From: an uncultured Opitutia bacterium
Lineage (GTDB): Bacteria; Verrucomicrobiota; Verrucomicrobiia; Opitutales; UBA953
Assembly (NCBI GenBank): GCA_903919185.1
Contig: CAIXHF010000087.1
Span: forward strand, 18,270-82,269
DNA: 64,000 nt
Direction: 5' to 3'
The notes beneath the pieces were generated by a model, which was not told the DNA's origin, made no database searches, and saw only the letters and a list, made by a program, of their open reading frames with translations. Positions 26,081 through 34,691 of this stretch are shown one piece after another (position 1 is the stretch's first letter; every line of letters begins with the position of its first letter). The translations under genes were made by a program, and so were the position numbers.

Positions 26081-28027
26081 ATGAAGACGTCCCTCCTTGG
26101 CCTCCTCTGGGCGAGCACGCTGCTCGCCCAGGCGCCGGCGGGGGATGCTTTATTCCGTCGCTATGACCGCAACGGCGACGGCAAGGTCACACCCGAAGAA
26201 TTCCCGGTACCGAAAATCTTCGATAAATTCGATCTGAATCATGACGGCGTCATCACCCTCGAGGAATACCGCAAGGCTTCCGGACTAAGCGCCGCGGTGC
26301 CAGCCGATGAGCTCGCCGCGCTCCAGGCCCCCGGCCCACTCATTCAGAAACCAGGTGACCTCGGAGTTGGCCGGCTCATCCCCGACGCAGCGTTCACCGA
26401 CCTCCAAGGGCAAAGCCACCGGCTCTCCACCTACCAAGCGTCTAAGGGGGTCGTGCTAGCAATGACCAGCTGTACTTGTCCGGTCAGCAAACGCTACCTG
26501 CCCAGTCTCGTCGCGCTCGACGCCGCCCTGCAGGCTCAAGGACTCACGCTGGTATTGGTCAACCCATACGCCAGCGAGACCACTGATGATATTCGCACCC
26601 AGCTGAAGGCTGCAGGTTACCGCGGACTCTACGTACAGGACAAGGACCTGACGCTCTCCCGTGCCCTGGGCGCTCGCACAACCACGGAGGTCTTCCTCCT
26701 CGATAGCACGCGCACCCTACTCTACCGCGGAGCCCTCGACGATCAATACGGTACGAACTATAACCGCGAAGCCCCACGCCACTCTTTCCTCAAGGATGCG
26801 GTCCGTGACCTCCTCGCCGGCCGCGCGGTGGTCACCGCCGCTACCTCCGCCCCAGGTTGCGAACTCGACCTCGGGCCGAAACCAACGGCCGCACTGACCA
26901 AGGTCACCTACTACGGGGACGTCGCCCGCATCCTCCAACAGAACTGCGTGGCCTGCCACCATGGCGGGGGCATCGCGCCCTTCGCCCTCGACAGCCTTAT
27001 CGGCGTCAAAGACCGCACCAAAGTCATTCGCCGGGTAGTCTCACAGGGTCTCATGCCGCCGTGGTTCGCCGCCCCCGAAGCGCCCGGCAAGCCCAACCCC
27101 TGGGCCAACGACTGCTCCCTCAGCGAACGCGACAAGGCCGACCTCCTCGCTTGGATCGACTCTTCCGACCGGCCGTTGGGCAATTCCGCGGACGCCCCGC
27201 GCCGCCTCACCTACCCCACCGAATGGTCCATCGGTCAGCCGGATCTCATCATCCCCCTGAGTAAGGCCTACGACATCAAAGCAACGGGCTACCTACCCTA
27301 CCAACGTGACGTGGTGCAGACGACACTCACGGAAGACAAGTGGGTGTCGGCCTTCGAAATTCTTCCATCCGCCCGCGAGGTCGTCCACCACGTGATTGTG
27401 ACCGTCCACGACAAGAACGAAAAGGTCGCCGATACCGAGAGCTACTGGGCCGCCTACGTCCCGGGCAATGGCTCGTATGTTTTTCCGGAGGGCTTTGCGC
27501 GCAAACTGCCCGCCGGCGCTAAAGTGAACTTTCAAATTCACTACACGCCCAACGGCACCGCCACCAAGGAACGGCTACGCCTCGGTCTGGTCTACGCCAA
27601 GTCTCCGCCGAAGTACGAAATACGCACTATCGCCGTACCGAATGTCTTCCTGAAGATTCCCCCCGGCGCCGCCAATCACGTCGAGACCATCACGCGCCCC
27701 GTCCCCGTCGACCTCCCGGTCACAAGCCTACTCGCCCACATGCACGTCCGCGGCAAGGCTTTCAAGTTCGAGCTGACGACGCCCGATGGGAAAACGGAAA
27801 CGTTACTCGACCTGCCGAACTACGATTTCAACTGGCAGCTGCGCTATGAACTGAAGCAACCCCGCGTTCTACCCCGCGGCAGTACGGTCCGCATCACGGC
27901 GGTTTTCGACAACAGCGCCGCTAATAAGTCCAACCCTGACCCGACCAAGTTGGTCCGCTGGGGCCAGCAGACTTACGACGAGATGATGATCGGCTACTTC
28001 GAGTATTTTGTGCCGGTCAACCGCTGA
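26081..28027 (+). CDS. Multidomain redox protein: EF-hand pair + thioredoxin-like/redoxin + CxxCH cytochrome c + DBH/PHM-like copper monooxygenase
   Basis: ATG at 26081 (the track start at 26078 is TTG). EF-hands: DRNGDGKVTPEEF and DLNHDGVITLEEY. Redoxin-like region: MTSCTCPVSKRY. Heme motif CVACH at 26945-26959. Copper-site pattern: VHHVIV, FQIHYTPNG, AHMHVRG, YDEMMIGY. Confidence 0.75.
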   Translation: MKTSLLGLLWASTLLAQAPAGDALFRRYDRNGDGKVTPEEFPVPKIFDKFDLNHDGVITLEEYRKASGLSAAVPADELAALQAPGPLIQKPGDLGVGRLIPDAAFTDLQGQSHRLSTYQASKGVVLAMTSCTCPVSKRYLPSLVALDAALQAQGLTLVLVNPYASETTDDIRTQLKAAGYRGLYVQDKDLTLSRALGARTTTEVFLLDSTRTLLYRGALDDQYGTNYNREAPRHSFLKDAVRDLLAGRAVVTAATSAPGCELDLGPKPTAALTKVTYYGDVARILQQNCVACHHGGGIAPFALDSLIGVKDRTKVIRRVVSQGLMPPWFAAPEAPGKPNPWANDCSLSERDKADLLAWIDSSDRPLGNSADAPRRLTYPTEWSIGQPDLIIPLSKAYDIKATGYLPYQRDVVQTTLTEDKWVSAFEILPSAREVVHHVIVTVHDKNEKVADTESYWAAYVPGNGSYVFPEGFARKLPAGAKVNFQIHYTPNGTATKERLRLGLVYAKSPPKYEIRTIAVPNVFLKIPPGAANHVETITRPVPVDLPVTSLLAHMHVRGKAFKFELTTPDGKTETLLDLPNYDFNWQLRYELKQPRVLPRGSTVRITAVFDNSAANKSNPDPTKLVRWGQQTYDEMMIGYFEYFVPVNR

Positions 28028-28028
28028 C

Positions 28029-28844
28029 CTAGCGAGGCGGCGGTGCACTATCCGCTGGCAAAGCCTGACCGACGCCCCAATACCGCTCGATCATGTCGTA
28101 ACCGACAGGATCGTAGGCCTTGAGTTCAGACCGATTTGCGGGCGGGTAGTTGCAACCTACGAAATACATGGCCGAAAGTTCCGAAAAATACTCGAGCTGG
28201 TTCTGTGCCGCGTAACGGAGGGTCTTAATATTCTTCGCATCAGCGGCGACGTCGCTCTTATAAAGGCCAGCCTTCAGCGCCGCCGCCCATGCATCATAAA
28301 TGCCGGCTTCCTTTTCCTTCCAGTGCAGCAGGTGCCAGGCATGGGCGAGCTCATGCACGAGGCCCTTCACCGACCAAAGCGCGTCGAGGTAGTTATAGTT
28401 GTAGGCACTGAAGATTAGGACGCTGTTCGACATCCGCTCATCGAGGTACGGCGAATACTTCGGCGCACCCGGGCGGAAATACTGAAAGCTCGAGTTCCGT
28501 CCGCCCCCCGTGGCCTTGGGGCCATAGAGCAGGAAGATCTTCACCCCTTGGAGCGATTTGACCGCCGGGGCGGGCAAGGCTTGGGCGACTTCGGCCAGCT
28601 TGACCTCGAGTTTGGTAATCGCCTTCTGGGCCGTCGACGGGTCTTCATCCAGCAGCTGCTTCTCCACAAAGACGTTCCACCCAGCCAACACGCGCTCGCT
28701 ATACTTGCGCGGGGGATGGTTAAGATCGAAAGCAGGCAGCTCGATAGCCTTCGGCGTGACGCGAGCCTTCACCGGAGCCTCGTCGGCCGCGGACAAGACG
28801 ACCGAGGCGACCACCAAGGCTAACAGCATACGCTTCAGGGTCAT
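28029..28844 (-). CDS. Secreted HExxH protein (putative zinc-dependent hydrolase)
   Basis: ORF trimmed to the ATG at 28844 (MTLKRMLLALVVASVVLSAA signal), which overlaps the upstream gene stop (ATGA). It carries the VHELAHAWH motif. Confidence 0.55.
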   Translation of the reverse strand: MTLKRMLLALVVASVVLSAADEAPVKARVTPKAIELPAFDLNHPPRKYSERVLAGWNVFVEKQLLDEDPSTAQKAITKLEVKLAEVAQALPAPAVKSLQGVKIFLLYGPKATGGGRNSSFQYFRPGAPKYSPYLDERMSNSVLIFSAYNYNYLDALWSVKGLVHELAHAWHLLHWKEKEAGIYDAWAAALKAGLYKSDVAADAKNIKTLRYAAQNQLEYFSELSAMYFVGCNYPPANRSELKAYDPVGYDMIERYWGVGQALPADSAPPPR

Positions 28845-31810
28845 CGGATAGGCACGGACCGGAAGGTCAGCGCGGGGAGTCCGTTCGTGCCCATCACCAA
28901 ACGGTCCTGACTCCAATTCTTGCTGTCGAGGTAACTAATAAAACATCCGACTGGCAGGCTTTCGCTCAGCCGGAGGGTCAAGGTTGCGCCCTCTGCGGAA
29001 CCTCCCACGACCTTGACTGTGAGAGGCGGGGGCGCGAATCCACGACTATTCTCAAACGAAAACTCCGAGGCTAAATCGTCACGCCAGACGACGGGCTGAT
29101 CGAAGGTCAGGACGACAGTGTCGTGTTTTTCGCCGACGCGCTGCACCGAAAGAATATTCGGGGCGGAGACGTTCTGGACGTTCTTCACGCCATAATGGTC
29201 ACGTTCGATGAGCGGGGTCATCAGCTTCGCGAATTCCGCGTAGCCCGCGGCCGGGAAGTGACAACCGCCCGGGGGACGAATGCCCAGCGTAGGCATGATG
29301 TCGAGGTACGCGTAGGCAGACTTCAGCTTCCGTTGTTCTTCGCGGAGGTAATTGTCTGAACCGTTGACGCCCATAGAGCAGGACTTCGGCCAAATCTGGA
29401 AGAGGTGCAGGCGCTGGGCGTTCGGGTAGTCCTGGCGCCACGAACCGGCCATCTGGTCGAAATACTTCCGGTAATGCACGAAACCATAAGTACCATCGGG
29501 GCCATCGGCACCTTGGTCGTTCTCTCCTTGATGCCAAAGAATACCGCGGATGCCGTAGTCGAGTCCGGCAGCGCGTACGCGCCAAAGTAACCGCCCGTAG
29601 ATGGTGGCCGCGTTGGTCGGGTCAGCGGCGTCGCGTTGGTGCATGTCGATGCGGGTGCCGCCGACGGCACCGTTAATCAGGCAGATAGGGACCTGCTGCG
29701 ACTCGACCAAACGGCGGCCGAGTTCCATGCCCCAGTAGCCAATCTCTAAACGTCCACCGCGCGCCCGGGCTTCCGCTGGACCCCATACCTTCTGACGAGA
29801 ACCATTGGGGCTACCATCCGTCGCACCGAAGGTCCGCACCCACGGGTTGGGCTGGAGGGGGTTTTCCTTTCCGAAGTCATTGGCGACCGCGTTGGACTGC
29901 CCTTGGATGATGAAGGCATCCCCGCAAACGAGGTCGGTGGCCGCGTGCACGGGCTTACCGTCGGCGAGGAGTTCCACACGATAGCGGATGAGGCCAGCCT
30001 TGAGTGCCTGCACGAAGCGGTAGCCCTTCCCTTCCTGCGGGGCCTGCGTGGCTTCAGCGACGACCTTGTCGTCAGCGTAAAGCTTGAGGGTCACCATCTG
30101 CGCCGGCACAGCCAAGGTACCCTTACAATAGAGTTTGCCCAAGCCATCGCCTTCGCGGGCATAGAATTGACCATCCATCGGCAACTCTTCGGCCGGCTCG
30201 GGACGAGCGACCCAAGGATCCAGGGGCTGCTCGGCGACCTGAATTTCCGTGCCCACCTGCTCTCCTCCTGCCCGCTGGGAGCCGAAGACAGCCAAGATAA
30301 CTAAACGACCTGCGCCCATCGCACGCTTAAGAATTAGCGTGTCACCATCGACCTCGGAGATGACCGGCGCGCCGCTGATCTCCCAGCGGTAAGTCCGCAG
30401 GCCATCCTTCAAGACCTTTAGCTGCTCACCATTGACGACATCCAGTTTCAGGCGGAGTTCCGTGCGTCCATCCCAAGCCTTCGGCGCAGCCAACTTCAGC
30501 ACCGGCTCAGGGAAGACACGCTTCCAAGTCACCTCAACCGACTTCTCGATGACGCCTTGCGGCATGACGGCCGAGAGGCGGCACGTTCCCCGAAATTCCT
30601 TTTGGCCAGGGGGCAATAAATCCACGGTCTCACTAAAGCCCATACGGCCGGCGATAAGTTGACCCTGCGCACCAGTCCAGCTGACCGCCAAGGCTCCCGG
30701 TAGATTGGCCTTGTAGGTCACGGCTTCACCTTGATTCAGCACCAAGCGGTCCGCGGTGAGGCCAACCACCCCACCCTGCATAACGACGTGTCCGACCAAG
30801 CTCTGGTTCTTCACTTGGTTCGCATACTCGAGTTGCACCCATTCCGGCGAACGGGCGACCGAGGAGACGCGCACTTCGTCCATTTCGCCTTCGTAACTAT
30901 AGACATCATACCAGCCGCCGATCCAGAGGCGAGCGGGCGACTTGATATTGAGCGTCGGGCTGGCCTTACCGTCCAGCTTGCCGTCAAGGTAGAGCCGGCC
31001 GTCGTTCTTATCGTAAGTATGCGTGACGTAATGCCACTCGTCCGGCGCTAGGTTCGACGGACCGTCGACATCAGAGAAATTACTGTCCACGTGCAGGTGC
31101 TGGGGAGCGCGGAGCTGAAAGCGCACCTTACTGCCGCGTCCGCCGGCCTCATTGCCCCAGGAAATGATGGTCGAATTGCTGCGCGCAGGCTTGATCCAAG
31201 CCGAGGTTGTGTGACTGGAGGCGTCCGTCGGATAACTGGTGATCTTATCGCCACTGAAGATGCCTTCCTTACCGGCGAACGAGCGCGCCTCGCCAATCAG
31301 GCCGGGCACGGGCTTCGTACCGACGACCTTGGACGGTAAAGTACCGACCTCGTCCTTAACTTCCTGTCCCATGTGCCAGACGCTGAGGTAGCCATTATCA
31401 CGTGAGAAGACCTTGGCGCCATCGGAAACAGACTTCGCTTGGGCATTTCCCCAGTGCAGTTTGAGTTCCTGACGGGTCGCACCACGGATCTCCGGAACAC
31501 GTACCCACACGACCGCTTCGCCCGCGACCTTGTCCCACGACTCGATTTGTAAGGCCAACGTCTGACCGGCGGTGTCGGTCACACGCAGGTCCTCGCCCTG
31601 CGCCTGCACTGTTGCGAAGGGAAACGTGTCGCCATGCAGACGCAGGAGCACCGGAAACTCCTTCACCACCGCCGTGGCTGGTAAATTGGCGCCCTCCTTG
31701 TCGGTCAGTAGCCAGACGCTGCCGCGGCCGGACCAAGCAGCGAAGTTTTCCGCCCGCAGCGATAGGAACGGAGTGAGGCAGGCAGCCAACAGGATACAAA
31801 GGAGACGCAT
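28841..31810 (-). CDS. Secreted multidomain protein: DUF2341-like + LamG/concanavalin-like + sialate O-acetylesterase (SASA) domain
   Basis: ORF trimmed to the ATG at 31810 (MRLLCILLAACL signal). LamG-like segment: WHYVTHTYDKNDGRLYLDGKL...EGEMDEVRV. SASA-like segments: FIIQGQSNAV and ILWHQGENDQG. Confidence 0.7.
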   Translation of the reverse strand: MRLLCILLAACLTPFLSLRAENFAAWSGRGSVWLLTDKEGANLPATAVVKEFPVLLRLHGDTFPFATVQAQGEDLRVTDTAGQTLALQIESWDKVAGEAVVWVRVPEIRGATRQELKLHWGNAQAKSVSDGAKVFSRDNGYLSVWHMGQEVKDEVGTLPSKVVGTKPVPGLIGEARSFAGKEGIFSGDKITSYPTDASSHTTSAWIKPARSNSTIISWGNEAGGRGSKVRFQLRAPQHLHVDSNFSDVDGPSNLAPDEWHYVTHTYDKNDGRLYLDGKLDGKASPTLNIKSPARLWIGGWYDVYSYEGEMDEVRVSSVARSPEWVQLEYANQVKNQSLVGHVVMQGGVVGLTADRLVLNQGEAVTYKANLPGALAVSWTGAQGQLIAGRMGFSETVDLLPPGQKEFRGTCRLSAVMPQGVIEKSVEVTWKRVFPEPVLKLAAPKAWDGRTELRLKLDVVNGEQLKVLKDGLRTYRWEISGAPVISEVDGDTLILKRAMGAGRLVILAVFGSQRAGGEQVGTEIQVAEQPLDPWVARPEPAEELPMDGQFYAREGDGLGKLYCKGTLAVPAQMVTLKLYADDKVVAEATQAPQEGKGYRFVQALKAGLIRYRVELLADGKPVHAATDLVCGDAFIIQGQSNAVANDFGKENPLQPNPWVRTFGATDGSPNGSRQKVWGPAEARARGGRLEIGYWGMELGRRLVESQQVPICLINGAVGGTRIDMHQRDAADPTNAATIYGRLLWRVRAAGLDYGIRGILWHQGENDQGADGPDGTYGFVHYRKYFDQMAGSWRQDYPNAQRLHLFQIWPKSCSMGVNGSDNYLREEQRKLKSAYAYLDIMPTLGIRPPGGCHFPAAGYAEFAKLMTPLIERDHYGVKNVQNVSAPNILSVQRVGEKHDTVVLTFDQPVVWRDDLASEFSFENSRGFAPPPLTVKVVGGSAEGATLTLRLSESLPVGCFISYLDSKNWSQDRLVMGTNGLPALTFRSVPIR

Positions 31811-31977
31811 AAGAATGGGGTGACCCCAAGATGGAATATCCGCCGACGGCCGCAATAGCTTTGCACCGGCGGCTGCTTAGGGCAAAGATTTCCCCCTACT
31901 GCCCCTGCGATTCCCGGGGGCTCATCCTTGCGCCCCCGTAAAGGGGGCAATAAATTCCCCACTATCCGTCCACCGTC

Positions 31978-33051
31978 ATGAAAACCTTCCGCCGGCTCTC
32001 CATCGCCCAGCAGACTGCCCAGCATCTGCGGGATGGTATCCGCCAAGGGCGCTGGAAGGGCCGCCTGCCCGGGGTCGTCCGGCTGTCGCAAGAACTCGGG
32101 GTCTCGACCCACACGCTCCGCGCCTCGCTCCGACTCATCGAAAAAGAGGGGCTCGTAGCCTTGAGCGCGGACCAGCGCTCCCGCCAAGTGGTCGCCAAGG
32201 CGCCCAACACCAAGGATACCTTTCGCATCGGACTGCTGCTCTACGAACCACTGGCGGATGAGAATGCCAAGGTCCAGCAGCTCATCCAGGAGATCCGTCA
32301 CCGCTTGGAGAATTCCGGCCTCAATGTATTCTTCTCCACAGAGACATTGAAGTCACTCCACCACGACCGTGCCCGGGTCGCACGTTACGTCCAGAGCGAG
32401 GAGGCGAACGCCTGGATTGCCTTCGGCGGATCGAAGCCAGTCATCGAATGGTTTGCCGAACAGCCCTTCCCCGCCCTCGCCATCTTCGGTCGCTCCAATG
32501 AAGTACCCATCGCCAGCGTCGCGCCCGACATGGCCACCGCTGCGACAGCGGCGACTAAGCACCTACTGCAACTCGGCCACCGTCGCATCGTCAACCTCTG
32601 CCGCAAGCCGCGCCGCTTGCCCCAGCCCGGCCAACCCGAACAGGCCTTCCTCGATGAACTGAAGGCCGCGGGCGTAGCCGCGGGCGACTTTAACCTACCG
32701 GACTGGACCGAGACGCCCCAAGGGCTCCACGACCTGCTGTCCTCGCTCTTTCGGGTGACGCCACCGACGGCCCTCATCATCAATGAGGTACCACTCTACA
32801 TGGCGGTGCAGCAGTTCCTCGCGCAAAAACAACTCCGGGTGCCGGAGGATGTCTCGCTCATCGCCGACAACGCCGACCCCACGTTCGCGTGGTTCCTACC
32901 GAGCGTCTCACACATCAGCTGGTCGCCTGAACCGATTGTCCGACGCACGCTGCGTTGGGCAACGTCCGCCCAACGCGGCCGGGCCGACCGCAGCCAAATC
33001 CGCTACCCGGCGGAATTCATCACGGGCGGCACCACGGCCAAGGCACGCTAA
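31978..33051 (+). CDS. GntR-type wHTH regulator with LacI/periplasmic-binding-like sensor domain
   Basis: 357-aa ORF. The N-terminal wHTH reads LPGVVRLSQELGVSTHTLRASLRLIEKEGLV, and the C-terminal domain is sugar-binding-fold-like. It is divergent from the acetylesterase operon. Confidence 0.75.
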   Translation: MKTFRRLSIAQQTAQHLRDGIRQGRWKGRLPGVVRLSQELGVSTHTLRASLRLIEKEGLVALSADQRSRQVVAKAPNTKDTFRIGLLLYEPLADENAKVQQLIQEIRHRLENSGLNVFFSTETLKSLHHDRARVARYVQSEEANAWIAFGGSKPVIEWFAEQPFPALAIFGRSNEVPIASVAPDMATAATAATKHLLQLGHRRIVNLCRKPRRLPQPGQPEQAFLDELKAAGVAAGDFNLPDWTETPQGLHDLLSSLFRVTPPTALIINEVPLYMAVQQFLAQKQLRVPEDVSLIADNADPTFAWFLPSVSHISWSPEPIVRRTLRWATSAQRGRADRSQIRYPAEFITGGTTAKAR

Positions 33052-34680
33052 TCAGCGAGCCTGTAATTTGATCTGCTTCACGGCAAGGCCTCGCTGCGAA
33101 GGCACGGCGAAACGCAGGACCTGCGGACCAGCCACCAACTCAACTTCAATCGGAGGCGTCTCCGCCCAGAGGCCCAAGGAATTCGGGACGGCTAAGGTAG
33201 CGAGTTTACGCCCGTCCACCGACAGCTCAATGGCTTGTCCGGTATTGGGCGTAGCGGCCTGAAGAACGACGAGGTATTTACCAGCCTTAATCACCTCGAG
33301 CGGATACTCGGCCCACGTGTTGGGAGCGTTTTTCTCAAAATACACCTGACGACCGCCTCCCGTGCTTTCATGCACGCGAGCACCTCCTAATTTACTGAAG
33401 GCGGTCGCAGGAATGGCTAAGATACCCGCCCCGACGCGGCTAGCGGCGGCCTTATTGGCCACGGGTGCCGCTGGCTTAGTAGCGGGCTCACGTTCCGCTT
33501 CCGCGGCATTGTCGCCTTCGCCGAACACGGGCTTGGCGAGACGGAGGTCCTTCATCTGCGTAGCCAAGAGAACTTTCAGGCTCGCCAGCTTCTCCGCGCT
33601 GACGGAACCGATGACGGCCGCCGCCAACCAACGCAGTCGTTCGGTCCGGGTGAACTCGGCGCTACGCGACCGCGAGGCAATCGCTTGTAAGAAATCGGGA
33701 CCGCTCAACCCATAGATGCGCGACTTCTCCCAGCCAGCGCCGTAATCAACCTTCCAAATATTACCAGGCTGAGGCTGGGTCTCCGGGTATGCTGTCTTAA
33801 AAGCCACACAGGCATGACCTGGCTGACCCACTCCGACCGCCGGAATGCCAAAGGCTTGGCACACCATGACGCCCCACGAGGAACGTGGGCCACACTTACC
33901 GCCACCATCCAAGACGTCCTTGTAGTCGCCATAGGGGTGCGGTGAGTTGCCGTACTTCACTTCGCTGACGGTCTTCACGACCTGCTCCTTAGCACGGAGA
34001 TCAGGGCGCCACGTATTCACGACCTGGCGCGTCCACGCTAAATCCGCATCCGAAGCCGGCGAAGAAACGACCTGCATATACTCCCAGACGGAGTGATGGG
34101 CAAAGCTGGGATAGAGTTCCTTCGCGAGGTATGCTTGCTTGAAATGTTGGTAACGTTTCGCTGGGTCCGGCGCAGGCACCTGCTGACCTGCCCCATGATT
34201 ACCCTCGCCGGGAGGCAGCAGCGCTGTAGCGATTGCCAACTTCAAAAACATGCCGTCACGCGACTGTGGGTCGGCATTCCAAAGTTGCGACCACAGCGCC
34301 AAGGTTTCTGCCTTAATCGGCGTCTTATCTTCATCACGCTGCGTCAAGCCCAAGGGCGTCGCCCCTTCCAAGAAGAGAGGTAGCGCCGACGGATTATCCC
34401 AGAGCCAGACGAGGAAAGCCTCTTGAGCACGGTCCTTGCGGAAAGCCTGCAGCGCAGGCGCGCCCACCTTTCGAAGTAATTGATACCGCGAAAGGGCCAA
34501 ACCGACGCCCGCGTCCGTTTCAAATTCCCGAAGGTCGGTCGAACCTAGAATCGACAAGGTCGACACCCGCCCGGCCAGTAGGGCTTGGAGCTTTGGCTGT
34601 TCCGCCACGAATTCCGTGGGCAACCCGGCGGCCTGTAAAACACCCGTTAAGGCAAGGAAGACAAGCAGGATGGAGCGCAT
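33052..34680 (-). CDS. Secreted transglutaminase-like cysteine-protease-fold protein with C-terminal carbohydrate-binding-like domain
   Basis: ORF trimmed to the ATG at 34680 (MRSILLVFLALTGVLQAAG). Core segment: GGKCGPRSSWGVMVCQAFGIPAVGVGQPGHACVAF. The C-terminal beta-sandwich-like segment reads WAEYPLEVIKAGKYLVVLQAATPNTGQAIELSVDG. Confidence 0.5.
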   Translation of the reverse strand: MRSILLVFLALTGVLQAAGLPTEFVAEQPKLQALLAGRVSTLSILGSTDLREFETDAGVGLALSRYQLLRKVGAPALQAFRKDRAQEAFLVWLWDNPSALPLFLEGATPLGLTQRDEDKTPIKAETLALWSQLWNADPQSRDGMFLKLAIATALLPPGEGNHGAGQQVPAPDPAKRYQHFKQAYLAKELYPSFAHHSVWEYMQVVSSPASDADLAWTRQVVNTWRPDLRAKEQVVKTVSEVKYGNSPHPYGDYKDVLDGGGKCGPRSSWGVMVCQAFGIPAVGVGQPGHACVAFKTAYPETQPQPGNIWKVDYGAGWEKSRIYGLSGPDFLQAIASRSRSAEFTRTERLRWLAAAVIGSVSAEKLASLKVLLATQMKDLRLAKPVFGEGDNAAEAEREPATKPAAPVANKAAASRVGAGILAIPATAFSKLGGARVHESTGGGRQVYFEKNAPNTWAEYPLEVIKAGKYLVVLQAATPNTGQAIELSVDGRKLATLAVPNSLGLWAETPPIEVELVAGPQVLRFAVPSQRGLAVKQIKLQAR

Positions 34681-34691
34681 AAGGAGAAGGC

